A stretch of DNA of 64,000 nucleotides from Paramoeba atlantica (Eukaryota; Protista; Discosea), in contig CDRNVI010000014.1 of the NCBI GenBank assembly GCA_977017575.1, forward strand, positions 62,001 to 126,000, read 5' to 3'. Numbering within the stretch: position 1 is the first letter of the stretch; the number at the start of each line of letters is the position of its first letter. Positions 42,435 through 54,298 of the stretch are shown one piece after another. Below the pieces are notes generated by a model. The model was not told where the DNA came from. It saw only the letters and a list, made by a program, of their open reading frames with translations, and ran no database searches. A program made the translations under genes and the position numbers.

Positions 42435-43866
42435 CTAAGAATAATTTAAGATTGAGGTATCGATCTTGCGAGATCCGGAGAACTCGGAGAAGAGGTCCTC
42501 GCGTCTGGTAGCTACTTTGCATTTAGCGGTATTTAACCGTAGCCCAAGATGTTTCAGCTCCTCGCGGAGGGCCTTTAGGGCTTCACCAGCAAAGGTGACG
42601 TCATCCAGGTACGCCCAGACCTTCAGCGTGCCTGTGAAGTTGGCCGCCACTCTGGCGATTGCCCCCTGGATCCCTATGGCAAATAGGATGGGAGCCATGG
42701 GGTCACCTTGCTTGACCCCCCTTGAGCTCGTGATGCATTGGCCTTCCCCAAGTTGAAGGATACTTGTGGTGCCGTAGATGAAAAGGGTGATGCCCTCAAT
42801 GGGGAGAAGTTTCGAATCCCCCCTCACCGCCCTAAAAATTGCCGACCGTGAGATGCTATTAAAAGCGTTCTCGAGGTCTGCAGCCACGATGACCTCCTTC
42901 GGCCTGTCCCTGAAGTGCTGTCGCACATTATAAATTATGTGCTCACACCGCTGCGTGTATTGGGCTCCAAACTGGATGCCCTGAAAGTAAGTGGGGAGAT
43001 GTTCCCGGATTTTCTCCAGGGCAAGGAGCCCCGCCACCTTGAGGATGCACTCTCCCATGGCAATGGGCCTGTAGGAAGAGTGGTGCCCCGCCGGGGAGTC
43101 CGGTTTGGTGAATAGTTTTAAGGATGCCCCCGTGAGCAGTTCCCTCATTGAGGGGGGGGGGAGTTGGTCATTATCCCGTGGATTATCCACGTGACACAGT
43201 CGCGGGATCCATCTTCCATGAGGACTGGGACAAGCAGTTCCTTGGTCCATCCCGTAGGTCCGGGGGCGCGGATAGGGGCCAGACTTTGGGCCTTCCTGGC
43301 CACATCGGCGGGGGAGGGTAGGGTTCCGTGTCGGCCCCTATTGTACCTGAATTTCCCCGCAGTGTAGGGCCCGCCTGTGGGGTATAGACGTTTTGCCTGT
43401 TCTAGGGCCGCAGTGGGGTTGGCCGGAGGATTGAGGGGCGCCTCCATCGTTTTGGCCGCCCTGGAGAAGCAACCCGCCCTGCACAATTCCTCGACCCGTT
43501 TTTTGACAGACCACGGGGGGCCGTTGGCCTGACTCGGGGATGGAGCCAAGGTCTCCGAACCCTCTAAATGGGCACGCATTCTAAGTTCGCGCGCTAGCTG
43601 GCGTTGCGACAGCTTGTCCTCGGGGAGAAAAAGGAAACGTTTAACGGCGAGGAGGAGGTTCCAGGCTATCTCGACCTTGCCCTCCACTGACTTGTATAAA
43701 AAATCATGGCATACACCGGCAGTGTATTCCTTCCAAGCCGGGTATTGGAGTGCGTACAGTTTACGTAAGGACCCCCTCCCAAGGAGCTCTGCTAAATTTT
43801 CGGGGGAAGGGGCTTGTCCACGCTCCTCAACTGGAGCGCCCTGGGTTGTCGGGAAAACAAGTTATT
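42435..43866 (-). mobile_element. CRE/SLACS/CZAR-clade non-LTR retrotransposon RT region, truncated both sides
   Basis: APGPTGW, YRPIAMGE, DLENAFNSISR, GVKQGDPMAP, WAYLDDV, GLRLNTAKC. The frame changes at a G11 run (~43150-43161). Confidence 0.88.
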
Positions 43867-44639
43867 AATTTTTTTTGCTTTGTTTTATTAATAAACCTTG
43901 GCTACGGAACGCATTCGACTAAAGGGGAGCGGTGACCTGGCTTCACCGCAATAGAAATTAATGAGAAGAGGAGTATACTTTGAGGTGCCGTATTTGAAAA
44001 GGAACTCGCTGACTTGCGCGTGCAGATCTGTGCCGCACCTTCGATGAATATTCATCGAAGGTGCTACATAGCCAGTATTGGATATGATGGGTGACCCTAG
44101 CAAGTGAGCGTTTTTTTGTTACAAACATTTGAAAGAGTGCTGCTCTAAGGCGCAACAGGGGATGGAAGACACCACTGAAGTTACAAATCCTAAGTCGCTA
44201 GAGGAGTACCTATCCGAAGCACTCCATGCTTTGCAGCTCACAGCAATCTTTTTACGGAAGGATTCCTCGAGTGCGTAAAACATTTATTTCAAGAATTTCC
44301 TCCCGACTTACATCCTTCAGAAACTGCATCGATCCTTCTTTCTCCTCTCGAATTTCATATCAATGAACGCCGAGTTGCTGACATGATCTGAGAAGACATT
44401 CGACGAACCATATAATCTATTTGATGGAGCTAAATGTTTTGGACTCGCCATAGACGGTGGAGTTGAAAGAGTTCTTAGTGAACATGTGCTCATCCGACAA
44501 AAGATATGATTACAAAAAAAAAGGATTTCGCTGCCGTCCGGACCGTAAGACCCACCTGAAAGTCAGATCTCTCGTCAATTACGAGTAAATAATTCTCCAG
44601 AGTGGGCGAAATGCCATCAGTGCACGTCCTTGTCATATT

Positions 44640-46148
44640 TTACTGAATGCGAACGACAACCATCACATGCAGAGGTGCATTGTAAGTTGCTTCGGAAGGT
44701 GCGATGATTGAAAAGAAGACCTCACAAGTCGTGTACTTCAACGTTGGGTCAAGCTCACTGAATCGCACGGGCAGATGATTCCAGATTGTTGAGCTGGACG
44801 GGTTGCTCGGTTCACATTCCAAGCTTAAAGATTTCCAATCATTGGGGTCACTTGTCTTAGACCTACAAGATGGTGTAATGCGCACATTCGATGGAAAAGT
44901 GTTGAGAAGAGAATCTGGTTCAGAATACATTCTGCGCTTTGGATTCACGTCTAAAGTATTGAAGAGCTGTGGAGTGATGCGAACTTCCGATAGGGCGTCA
45001 TTGACAGGAATAAGTACTGCACGCTGCAGTGCCTTAGAAATCGCCTCATTTAGCCCGAAGTATGCCGCAATTAGTATGCTGTACCACGGGAGGTTCGCAT
45101 CGGGCTTGCTCAAATGAGACGCCAAATGCTTGATTTGGGCGTTTTCGGCTTTGAGCAGCGAATTTATACCATGGTGCTGACTTAGTGGTACATATCGAAA
45201 AATAAACTTTCGACGACGAGAAGTATCACTGTTTAACGATATGATACGCGATAGGTCGATGATATCAATTCCAAAGCTTTCTAGATGTTTCACTATTTGA
45301 CAAGATCCAGAGGACGTTGAACTTCGCCACGCTACAACCGCAGCAAGTTCTGTTTCGTGAGAAATAGAGCAGAAAACATTGCGCATCCGGTAAATTTTTG
45401 GTTTTATGCGTTGAACCGTAAGTCCATTCAGCCAATTATTGGAGGGAAAATGGATTCCAGATGACGTTTTATTAAGCAATGTGCATCTTCTCCTTATTGT
45501 TATTTTGTTGTGAGTAGATACGCTGATGTCACCCAGCACGGAAACTGTACGTAAATGTGGTAAGGAAGCATACGGAGATGTTGGTTCTGTTATATTGGTT
45601 CCTGCCTTTCCATGTTTTTCTACCCCTTTATGACGACCCATAACAGGCAAGAACTCATAAGCTCGAGCACCATCTCGCCTTGTTTGCTGATTCAAGAATC
45701 GTGGCACAGTACGGTTAGGCAAACAGTTACTAGAGAAAAATATGCTCACTTTTGCGCACAGACGTGACTTGATAAAGGAACTATACGTCCGCTCAAGTCC
45801 AAGACATCTTCTCAGCGCCTGTCGCATAAAATCATTTTGAGTGACCTTATGCCCTGCGAGCCGTCTGAGCCGCCGTTGCAGAGTTTCTTTTTCCCCGAAG
45901 GATAACAGACGATAGGACAATGTTTTATGAATGTGCAAGTTGAGTCCGGGTAAAAAAGTCCTAGGAACGACATATCCATTCAAATTATTCGGCATAGAAA
46001 GGGAACGGGCAAGCGTCACTGATGATTTTCTTAACCCAGAACCTGCTTGTGAATATGCGCTTCTGGAAGGAGCATCTCTGGCCAAAGCGCACACGGCCGT
46101 GCACGATGGAATGCGGAACGCAATAACATTCAGTACATTATAATGCAT
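44640..46148 (-). CDS. Hypothetical protein, 502 aa, possibly continuing in shifted frames to ~43890
   Basis: Long ORF on the host-gene strand with no recognised domain. Confidence 0.55.
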   Translation of the reverse strand: MHYNVLNVIAFRIPSCTAVCALARDAPSRSAYSQAGSGLRKSSVTLARSLSMPNNLNGYVVPRTFLPGLNLHIHKTLSYRLLSFGEKETLQRRLRRLAGHKVTQNDFMRQALRRCLGLERTYSSFIKSRLCAKVSIFFSSNCLPNRTVPRFLNQQTRRDGARAYEFLPVMGRHKGVEKHGKAGTNITEPTSPYASLPHLRTVSVLGDISVSTHNKITIRRRCTLLNKTSSGIHFPSNNWLNGLTVQRIKPKIYRMRNVFCSISHETELAAVVAWRSSTSSGSCQIVKHLESFGIDIIDLSRIISLNSDTSRRRKFIFRYVPLSQHHGINSLLKAENAQIKHLASHLSKPDANLPWYSILIAAYFGLNEAISKALQRAVLIPVNDALSEVRITPQLFNTLDVNPKRRMYSEPDSLLNTFPSNVRITPSCRSKTSDPNDWKSLSLECEPSNPSSSTIWNHLPVRFSELDPTLKYTTCEVFFSIIAPSEATYNAPLHVMVVVRIQ

Positions 46149-46595
46149 TGAGTGACATTTTTCCGCTACTTAGGAGCCTACCACATTGTGACTTGCGTTA
46201 CCCGATGTGATGTTGCGGAGCCGTATTGTATACGGCGGCCTTTCTTGAATGCATTGTTCGACTTATGACTTAATTTCTATAAAAGTAGAAAAGAAAGGGA
46301 TTTGCAATGCTTCATCGCGCAAAAAGAAACGGTGGCACAAAAACGAAATATTTCAAAAGAAAATGTAACCTATTCTTTGTCTTTTAGACAGAGTATACGC
46401 TGACTGATGTATTGATAGAATTACTATTACACTCCCCGATGTATCTTCGTTAAAAAAATCTGTTCTCCGCCGTTTAAGTGAAGCCCGCTTTTTGCAAAAG
46501 GTGCGCTTAAAAGGGGGAGTCTGAATCACTACATAAAAAATATCAGCGATCATCGAAATTTGTACTGTATTGAACTTTCTTTTTACCTAGTACTG

Positions 46596-46657
46596 TACCC
46601 CCCCTAGTTATCAGTCGCTACTTTTCGAGAAAAGGTGACAGATAACTAGGGGGGGTA
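46596..46657. repeat. 62-bp palindromic mini-element, with extra tandem arms to ~46710
   Basis: TA-CCCCCCCTAGTTATC...GATAACTAGGGGGGG-TA; second copy at 49329-49388. Confidence 0.75.
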
Positions 46658-46741
46658 GGGGTGCGACAGATAACTAGGGGGGTCAAAGTGCGACAGATAT
46701 CTAGGGGGGTCCGTCACCAAAAAAGCGAGGGAACGAAATGT

Positions 46742-46760
46742 TACAGAAACGGTATCTTTA
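46742..46760 (-). other. Degenerate SL-like relic
   Basis: Minus strand TAAAGATACCGTTTCTGTA, 18/19 identical to the SL-like segment at 29770-29788. Confidence 0.4.
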
Positions 46761-48735
46761 TTGCCTAGGAAGATTCCTTTCTACCCCAGTGGGGTACTGT
46801 AAGCTGAAGACATGCGTCTACGGGTTAAAAGAAGCCCAGGGAGTGAAGCGAATGATGAAGGGAATGCTGAAGGGGATGATGGAGTGGATAACGAAGGGGA
46901 CAATGATGGGGATGAGGAGGGGGGCGATGGAGATGATGAAGCTAACGAGCTCCGACTCCTGCTTTTCAATTTCTATGGTAGAACTCCACGCAAGACTATT
47001 TGCCTAAAAGTAGAACAGAAAGAGACATGATACAAGAGAAGCATGATACAAGCATGGAGACACTCTTCATACAAGCATGAAGAGAAGCATGATACAACCG
47101 CTCCGATGTGTTCGCCGATGTGTATTCGCCGATGTGTTCTTTTCGACGGAGTTGCACCCTGTCCAAGTGAGACATCAAACTCAAGAAAAAGGGATTGGGC
47201 TGCCTCGGTTGGGTGACTTACGTACAACTCTAGCACGAATAAAGTCTTGCCGGGTGGATACTTGCTCGTGTCAAAAAGAATCCTTTATCATTCATTGAAA
47301 AAGGGAATCTCCTGTTATCCAGCCTGATCCTGCCTTCGTTTCCCGTGCAACTCGACCTTGACAAAACTGAGCGCTCCACAACAGATGTAGTGGAAACAAA
47401 CGATGTTCCCAAGTACGTTGCTCTGGTGAGGAACAAACACCGGGAGCAAGCACAGACAATGCCCAAAACCAAGATGTTACCATGGCCTTTTCTTTGATAC
47501 ATGTCTTAACCTTCGCCGTTTTTGTGCCACGGAAACTACCAGAAACTGTTAGAGTCCGCCAGTTCCCGCCAGAAACTGCCAGCGACCTACAGCGATCTAT
47601 AGGTACTGTTTACATACTCTCCATTACGATACCATTCAGTGCGCAATTGAAAAAGTAATCTCGACTTGGTAGTAATGGGTTATCTTTCGTCGAAAATGAA
47701 CGCCGTACGCACTGACAAACGTTTGCTTCCTATCTACGAATCGTGATTCTCATTTTTTTTCAAAGCTCATCGAAACCTTTCATGTAAAGTGGGATCATAG
47801 AATCGTGTTCTCAGTGCTCTGAGAACAAGGAGCAGTTCTCGGAACAACATACAGTATAGTATTCCTAGTATTACTATATTGTATGGTAGTATAGAGTAGT
47901 ATACTATATTATATGGTGAACATAATCTTTTTTGCACACACTCTTGTATCTATCGATGTATTTCTATTCTGAATATAACTGTGCACAACTCTTAAAAAAT
48001 TTACTACTGATTTTTTTTAAGAAAAAATTCTGAAAATTTTCTCTGTAAACCAGTACGCTACTTATCCTCTCGTGACCCAGAGGTTTCACCACAAAAGAGG
48101 ATAAGTAGCGTACTAGGATATCTAAGGGGGGGGTAACGGTACTCGTGGTTTCAATTATTCCCGACCTTGCTACCTGAATCCACTCCTGTATAGTACAAAC
48201 ATAGGTTCTTCCATTTGGGTCTGTTGGCACAGATGGGCTTGGGGAAGTTAATGTCGGCGCTGTTGCGACCTCTGGGGGAACAAAAGAGTATGCGACCCCC
48301 GGACAGAGATATGCTCATGGTTTGTGTATCCTAGGCGGGGGAAAGACCCAACGATGTCCACCGAACCTAGAGTGTCCATCGAACTTAGGTCGGAGAACTC
48401 TACTATCAGTAGCTCAACATCTTCATCAGCAGCTTCCTGAAGAGAGGCTTAAAATAAATAAAGATTAAAGAAACAAGAGGGAAATATATAGTACCAAAAA
48501 AAAGGCTCGGCCTCGCCGAGCAAATCAGAAGGGGGGGGCATGTTATAAGACCCCATTTCACGATAACGTGCCGGGGGGGGCATGATATAGTGATATAGGC
48601 ATGTTAACCCGTACCCTCGTTTACTTGCAAGTATGCTAATTTTGTATTTCTTCTTAGTTCCTATCATCCCTGGAGGAACTTATTGAATGAGCCTTTCTTA
48701 CCTTACGACCACATCGCTCGGATACGTAAATTTTT

Positions 48736-50007
48736 TAGGCTCTTCGTTAAATGCGGTGGTTGTTTTCAACTTAGAAGTCACTCATGCTGCGCGCTTCGCG
48801 TTGAAAACTGCCACCGCGTTTAACGAAAACCCAAAAATAGAAAAATTGCCAAAACATCATGAATAATTTTTTTAGGTGAAAAAGCTCGATTTTTTGGCGA
48901 AATTTTAACCCGAATTGGGGCCGTTTTTGATGCCTTACTGTCCCCCCCACTTAAGCGCAACCAGGTTTTGGCCTAAAATTGCGCATAAGTAGCCGGGTCA
49001 AAAAAAGGAGTGAAAAAAAAGTTTCGCGCCGCGAAGCGGCGCGTGCTTCACTCATGAGTTATATACGCGGGGTGCCCTTGGGGGCTGCTTTTTATATACT
49101 ATCCTAGCGTGCCCTTGCTGGGATGAAATGCAACGCTAGGGGGAGAGCAAAAACTGGAGCCGAAGAATTGCTAGCCCGAAGATGTTGTGGGATTACTGAG
49201 GAACATTTTCAAAAAAATCGCTGTTTAGGGTACATTTTTACCATAGCTTCGCAGCAAGAGACAGTCTGGAAAGCAACGCTAATGAGGGGGACTACCGAGG
49301 CAACGATAGGATAGGGGGGATAGTACTGTACCCCCCTAGTTATCTGTCACAACTTTTCGTGGAAAGGTGACAAATAAGTAGGGGGGTATATTTCGTTTTA
49401 AGATTTTTTTGGAAAACAATAGCTATGAAAGTGACAAAAATCTGTCAAAAAAAATCTTTCAAATTCTGAAATTTTTTTCGAAATTTCTTTCGAAATATTT
49501 CGAAAAATCTTTCGAATCTGTCAAAAAAAAGTCGCAGAATGGTAGCTGAGCTGCAGAACTCTTAAAAAACGTTTTAGCAGTCGATTTTGGAAAAATAATA
49601 TTTTTACTTGTGTTTTGGTCATCCCAAAAATTTAGGAAATTTTGACCTTGTCGGACCCCTCCCGCGCGTACCAGGGGGGGTACTCCCAAATGTGGGAGTG
49701 GAAAATCATCGCCGCGGCCTACTCTACCACTTCCCTGCGCTCGATTTCGAAAATCAAGATTTCGAAAATCAAGATTTCGAAAATTTCCCAAAATGACGTA
49801 TGCCCCCTCCCCCTGGACCCCCCCCATTCTTTTGATTTTTTATTCAGTTTTGGACCACCCGGGTCCCTTTTTATATTTTTTTCTTCTATTATAAATTAGA
49901 TATAATTTCTTCTATTTATTACTGTGTTCCTCTTTATATTTTCACTGTTTTTGTTCACTTTTTTTAATAATCGAGGGTAGGGAGGTAGTTATACAACCAC
50001 CGCAATA
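48736..50007 (+). mobile_element. Hairpin-ended element with nested insertions
   Basis: Large 5' hairpin at 48736-~48830; shared GC core 49675-49745; 3' end GGTAGTTATACAACCACCGCAATA. Confidence 0.75.
49329..49388. repeat. Second copy of the palindromic mini-element
   Basis: TA-CCCCCCTAGTTATCTGTCAC...GTGACAAATAAGTAGGGGGG-TA, also preceded by TAGTACTG. Confidence 0.7.
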
Positions 50008-50041
50008 AGTATTTATAAGAGGGCTGAAAGAACTAAATATA

Positions 50042-50644
50042 TAGGCTCTTCGTTAAACGCGGTGGTTGTTTTCAACTTAGAAGTCACTCATGCTGCGCGC
50101 TTCGCGTTGAAAACTACCACCGCGTTTAACGAAGAGTATAGAAAAGAAAAATCTCCAAAAGATCATGAATAATCTACTTTGTTTTGGGAAAAAGCTCGAT
50201 TTTTCAGCAAAAATTACGAAAATTTACACCGAATTTGGGGTGTTTTGGATGCCTTCCCAGTAGGGACAGGAGTCGATTCTGTCGAAAAAAACGTCGTAGA
50301 ATGGTAGCTAAGGTGCAAAACACTTCAAACACGTTTTAGGAGTCGATTTTGGAAAAATAATATTTTTACTTTTTTTTGGGTCAATTTTCTTTTTTGGTCG
50401 CCCCAAAAATTTCGGAAACTTTGGCCTTGTCAGAAGGCCTTGTCATATTTTTACTTTTTTTTGGGTCAAATTTTTTTTTTGGTCGCCCCAAAAATTTCGG
50501 AAATTTTGGCCTTGTCAGACCCCTCCTGCGCGTACCAGGGAGGGGTACCCCCATGGAGGGGGGTGGAAAATTATCGCCGCGGCCTACTCTACCACTTCCC
50601 TGCGCTCGATTTTTACCACCGCAATATTCTTAACCACCGCAATA
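50042..50644 (+). mobile_element. Hairpin-ended element, short version
   Basis: Large 5' hairpin 50042-~50138; GC core; ends in a doubled ACCACCGCAATA. Confidence 0.75.
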
Positions 50645-50684
50645 TACACTTATAATACCCCCTTAAACAGGAGTGAAAGTCCTA

Positions 50685-51180
50685 TGGTGGGGGGGGTCTA
50701 GAATTCGTAAAAATTGTCGAATTTTGAAAAATAATAGCGCGTTCGAGAGCTCTCGCAGAGTTGTATTTTTTAGGATAAGCAGCTTCCGAGGGGGTTGGGA
50801 GTACCCTCCTTTGGTCGAAGGGTCAAAAACACGATTCGTAAATTCAAAAACTGTGACAATAGGTCAAAAATTAACCGTAATACCAGCAAGAGGATGCGTT
50901 TCGATCAATAACAATGCGACAACGTTTGGAAAACTTGTTCATCGTGTTAGTGCACTCTTGTTTGCGTTCAGATCGTAATTGTTTGACTGTTGTCTCAATA
51001 GCCGACACTAATTATCTCGATTTTTGGGTTGGATGTCATTTTTGATTCTATCCAACGTACCACCAAGGTTTCAATGGAGTTTCTGAGACAACAAGCATAT
51101 AATGACACGGTATGACTTGTGTAGGATAGGAACACAGTCTGTCGCTGAGTACACCACGTGAGATTCGGGAATGAACCCGT
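50685..51180 (-). pseudogene. Decayed 3' part and TIR of a relative of the DD32E Tc1/IS630 element
   Basis: Minus strand LVSAIETTVKQLRSE...NTMNKFSKRCRIVIDRNASSCWY aligns with LLYSIEKAVDYIKTD...NTLNSMPRRFDIVVEKKG. AAAATAATAGCGC.TTCGAGAGCTCTCGCAGAG is shared with the 56278 TIR. Confidence 0.7.
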
Positions 51181-51267
51181 TTCTTTGAAGTGTAGAGCTA
51201 ATATTGAGCTGAAAACAACTATAAACTAAAAAAACGTAAATAAGAGGAAACGAGAAACGTAGTCACG

Positions 51268-52233
51268 TTAAGTGTCCACCGCTTTCGGATTTACGTGAAA
51301 TTTTCGTATTTTTCTGAGTGCGTAGCTTTCTGGGGTATATCTGGCTACAGAACTGTCCATTTCATGACGGCTTCTAGAAGCCCCTTTTTCGTAAATCACA
51401 GCCTCAATAGCGTTGCCATCCAGGTGAATATATTTTTCATTTAAACCTGATGCTGTAAAATCCACATCTCCCTCGAGTTCATTATTCGAAACATCAAGAC
51501 TTCTTAGCCTTGAGGGAAGTGAAGAGACATCCAGTTTCCCTTCAAACTTGTTGAATCCGAGGTAAAGCTTGTGTATTGTACAGGGAAGGTGTACAAGATC
51601 AAGCGTACCACTTAATTGATTAAAACTTAACGAAAGCTGAGACATTCTTGCAGGCAATGCTGAAAGGTCTATCGTGCCATCAAATAAATTGCGGTCAGCA
51701 CGAATTTGTCCCATATTAGGAGGTAGCTGAGTGAGATCGACGGGACCCTCCAATCGGTTCTTTGATAGAATGAGGGTTTTCATCGGTGCTGGAAGTGTTG
51801 TGAATCCGAATACTCCGTGATGGTGATGCTCTTCAACATTAAAGTACTCCATTAGGGCGGTCAAATCGGTGGAGGATAATGCCCCTTCCAGTTTTGTTGG
51901 ATCCCTGTACATATCACGTTGTACGTTAACTTCTACTACATGTGGAGGCAGGAATTGCCATGTGAGATTTCCAGAGAGACCGAAGCGCTTCCACTGAAGG
52001 TGTGTGACTTGAGACTCACCGTTACACTTCACTGCTTTCCAAGAACATGCGCAAGCTCGTTTTTTCCATGTTGGAGGCTGGCCCTCGACATACTGGATGA
52101 GCCGACGCATCATGTCAGTTTCGGACATTGTAACCGAGCTAACTTTGCTACCGAATTTTCGTCGCCTTTGCGGAGGTGGCTGCGGAGAATCGTCTACTGC
52201 AAAAATAAAACAAACCAGTATCAGATTGAACAT
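51268..52233 (-). CDS. LRR protein (duplicate of 58990-59958)
   Basis: MFNLILVCFIFAVDDS leader; CSWKAVKC cap; LRRs. Confidence 0.9.
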   Translation of the reverse strand: MFNLILVCFIFAVDDSPQPPPQRRRKFGSKVSSVTMSETDMMRRLIQYVEGQPPTWKKRACACSWKAVKCNGESQVTHLQWKRFGLSGNLTWQFLPPHVVEVNVQRDMYRDPTKLEGALSSTDLTALMEYFNVEEHHHHGVFGFTTLPAPMKTLILSKNRLEGPVDLTQLPPNMGQIRADRNLFDGTIDLSALPARMSQLSLSFNQLSGTLDLVHLPCTIHKLYLGFNKFEGKLDVSSLPSRLRSLDVSNNELEGDVDFTASGLNEKYIHLDGNAIEAVIYEKGASRSRHEMDSSVARYTPESYALRKIRKFHVNPKAVDT

Positions 52234-52279
52234 TGTGGCTGCAATTAAAAAAAGAATTGTTTTAGAGCCGTTGAAGTAC

Positions 52280-52590
52280 TTCTTGAATTATTTTGTTGAG
52301 AAAACCAATTTTTGTTGAAACTACTATTTAACGAGAGCATTTGAACTGAGCAATTTGAACTGAGATTTTGGAGCAATTGTATGAAGACACAGAAGATGGA
52401 TCTGGCCCGGAAGGACTTTAGGATTCCTTGAAACATCACATGACTCTGCTATCGAAAAATCATAACATGGATAATCGAATACAAAATTGTACATGGAATC
52501 TATCGTACATGGAAAGAGGTAGTATGGTTTGATCCCTTATTTATCGCTGAATTCGGTCCACCATACAATTTGGCTTGCATTTCTGTCATT
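52280..52590. repeat. Direct repeat of ~61510-61800 (LRR upstream region + start of the hAT remnant)
   Basis: Shared GGAGCAATTGTATGAAGACACAGAAGATGGATCTGGCCCGGAAGGACTTTAGGATTCCTTGAAACA and following sequence. Confidence 0.85.
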
Positions 52591-53039
52591 GTTCATACAG
52601 GGCAGTACCTGTAGAGATATTTGGGCCCAGCGGGGGTAAACGCAATCAACGTTTCTTGCTGGACACTTTCGCCTTCCGCGGCGACACAGGGAAAAGCGCG
52701 GGATATCCTCCCCGGGAAAGCGAAAAGAAACGACCTCATCGGGATAAGATGTCCCGAGATGTTTTGCAAGCGCAGTGCTCCAGGAAAAATACAGTCCAGG
52801 CCACATTGTCGGCCCCCAGGCCACAAAGTACACCGTGAGAGCTTTTGACCTAATTCTTTCCCCATTCGACAGATCTCAAAAAAGTGGAAAAAAGTTGGAA
52901 AATTTGATTTTTACACGACGCTATCAGCATGGAGCGTATTTTTTTCTCATTGCGAATTATGTCATATGTTTTAATAAGTTGTCTACCTTCGAAATGTGAC
53001 CGCCTCTTAGTACGGACTCCTCGGTGAAACGTTTTCTTT

Positions 53040-53450
53040 TGTGTAGTGAGGTCCCTTGGACTTTGTGTTCCGGACATTATGATCCGAGGCCTTGTATGGC
53101 TCTATGTCCACTGCGATTGGAGTGGTGAGGTCCCTTGGACTTGTTTTGTGTTTCCGGGCATTCTGATCCGAGGCCTTGTATGGCTCTGTTTCCACTACGA
53201 TTGGAGTAGTGAGGTCCTTTGGACTTGTTTGTATTCCGGACATTATGATCCGAGGCCTTGCATGGCTCTATGTCCACTGCGATTGGAGTGGTGAGGTCCT
53301 TTGGACTTGTTTTGTGCTCCGGATTTTATGATCTGAGACTTTTTGTGACTGTGTCCGCACTACGATTTGTGTAGTGTGGTCCTTTAGCCTGTGCTGAGTT
53401 CCGGACACTACGATCCAATTATTCGTGGCTACTATTGTGTAGTGAGGTCG
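53040..53450. repeat. Minisatellite, ~80-84-bp unit x ~5
   Basis: GTGAGGTC(C) recurs at 53046, 53125, 53209, 53291, 53374 (variant) and 53442. Confidence 0.88.
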
Positions 53451-53950
53451 CTAAGTGAGAATTTTTGTGATGAAGGGAGAAGAGGAAGAAAATGAGTGGC
53501 ATACACCATGGCTTTCCCGATGTTTGGGTTTTCAAAGGGTGATCGCCTCGCTGTTTTGATCAAGTTTGCCGTCGAAGGTACAGCAGTCCTGGAAAAAATT
53601 ATTTGCTGTGCATGTTTGTGGCGCATTCGCCACGATCGATGTAGTGGGATGCTAGTGTGTGTAACACGTGACAGGTGACTGTGGATATACTGGTATGACG
53701 TCCGAAGTTGACTTCGGTTGAAGTGATCCTGCGCACGGTATCGCGTAGAAGAAGAGGAAGAAAAGGAAGGAGAAGAATACGTATTCCAGGCCATGGCTTG
53801 CCAGGCATACTGGGCTTGGTCCCGGTTCCAAGTGCTTATGAAGTCCGTGATAATGAGGGTGTTGCTAATCCCTGGACGACCTTTTACCCAGGGACATAGC
53901 AACTCCCCATTATCTCGGGCGTAGTATACACGCCTTGGCTTGCCTGGCAC
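53432..53950 (-). CDS. Hypothetical ORF ending in the first minisatellite unit
   Basis: 172 aa, ATG start, no domain. Confidence 0.25.
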   Translation of the reverse strand: MPGKPRRVYYARDNGELLCPWVKGRPGISNTLIITDFISTWNRDQAQYAWQAMAWNTYSSPSFSSSSSTRYRAQDHFNRSQLRTSYQYIHSHLSRVTHTSIPLHRSWRMRHKHAQQIIFSRTAVPSTANLIKTARRSPFENPNIGKAMVYATHFLPLLPSSQKFSLSDLTTQ

Positions 53951-54298
53951 TGTGATCGCCGAGAAAAATGAGTGAAAGGAACATGAGAAAGGAACACGCG
54001 AGGAACATGAGATTCTGTTGTGCTGTATTGAAGAAGATTATTTATGTTGTGTTGTATTTAGGAGGGAATGTACCCTATTTCATATGCGAGTTGCGCATTG
54101 TAGGAATATTACGCCCAGATATCATAGAACCTCCAGCTCCATTCGATCTGTTGCATGAAGTCTGATAAGTAGAGGGTATCAGTATACGGCATGGTAATAC
54201 GGTATATGGGAATAAGGTGCATTCATATACATAAGTTACTGCATAAGTTACTAAAATTTTCTGACTATTTTCTTACGAACCTACAAAGAAAAGAAAAA

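Noticed and set aside
39610-42522. 970-aa version of TRAP1 and 351-aa version of the 58990 LRR
   Set aside because: The upstream extensions run through retroelement-derived or inserted sequence. The downstream ATGs (42399, 59958) fit the presequence and the paralogue.
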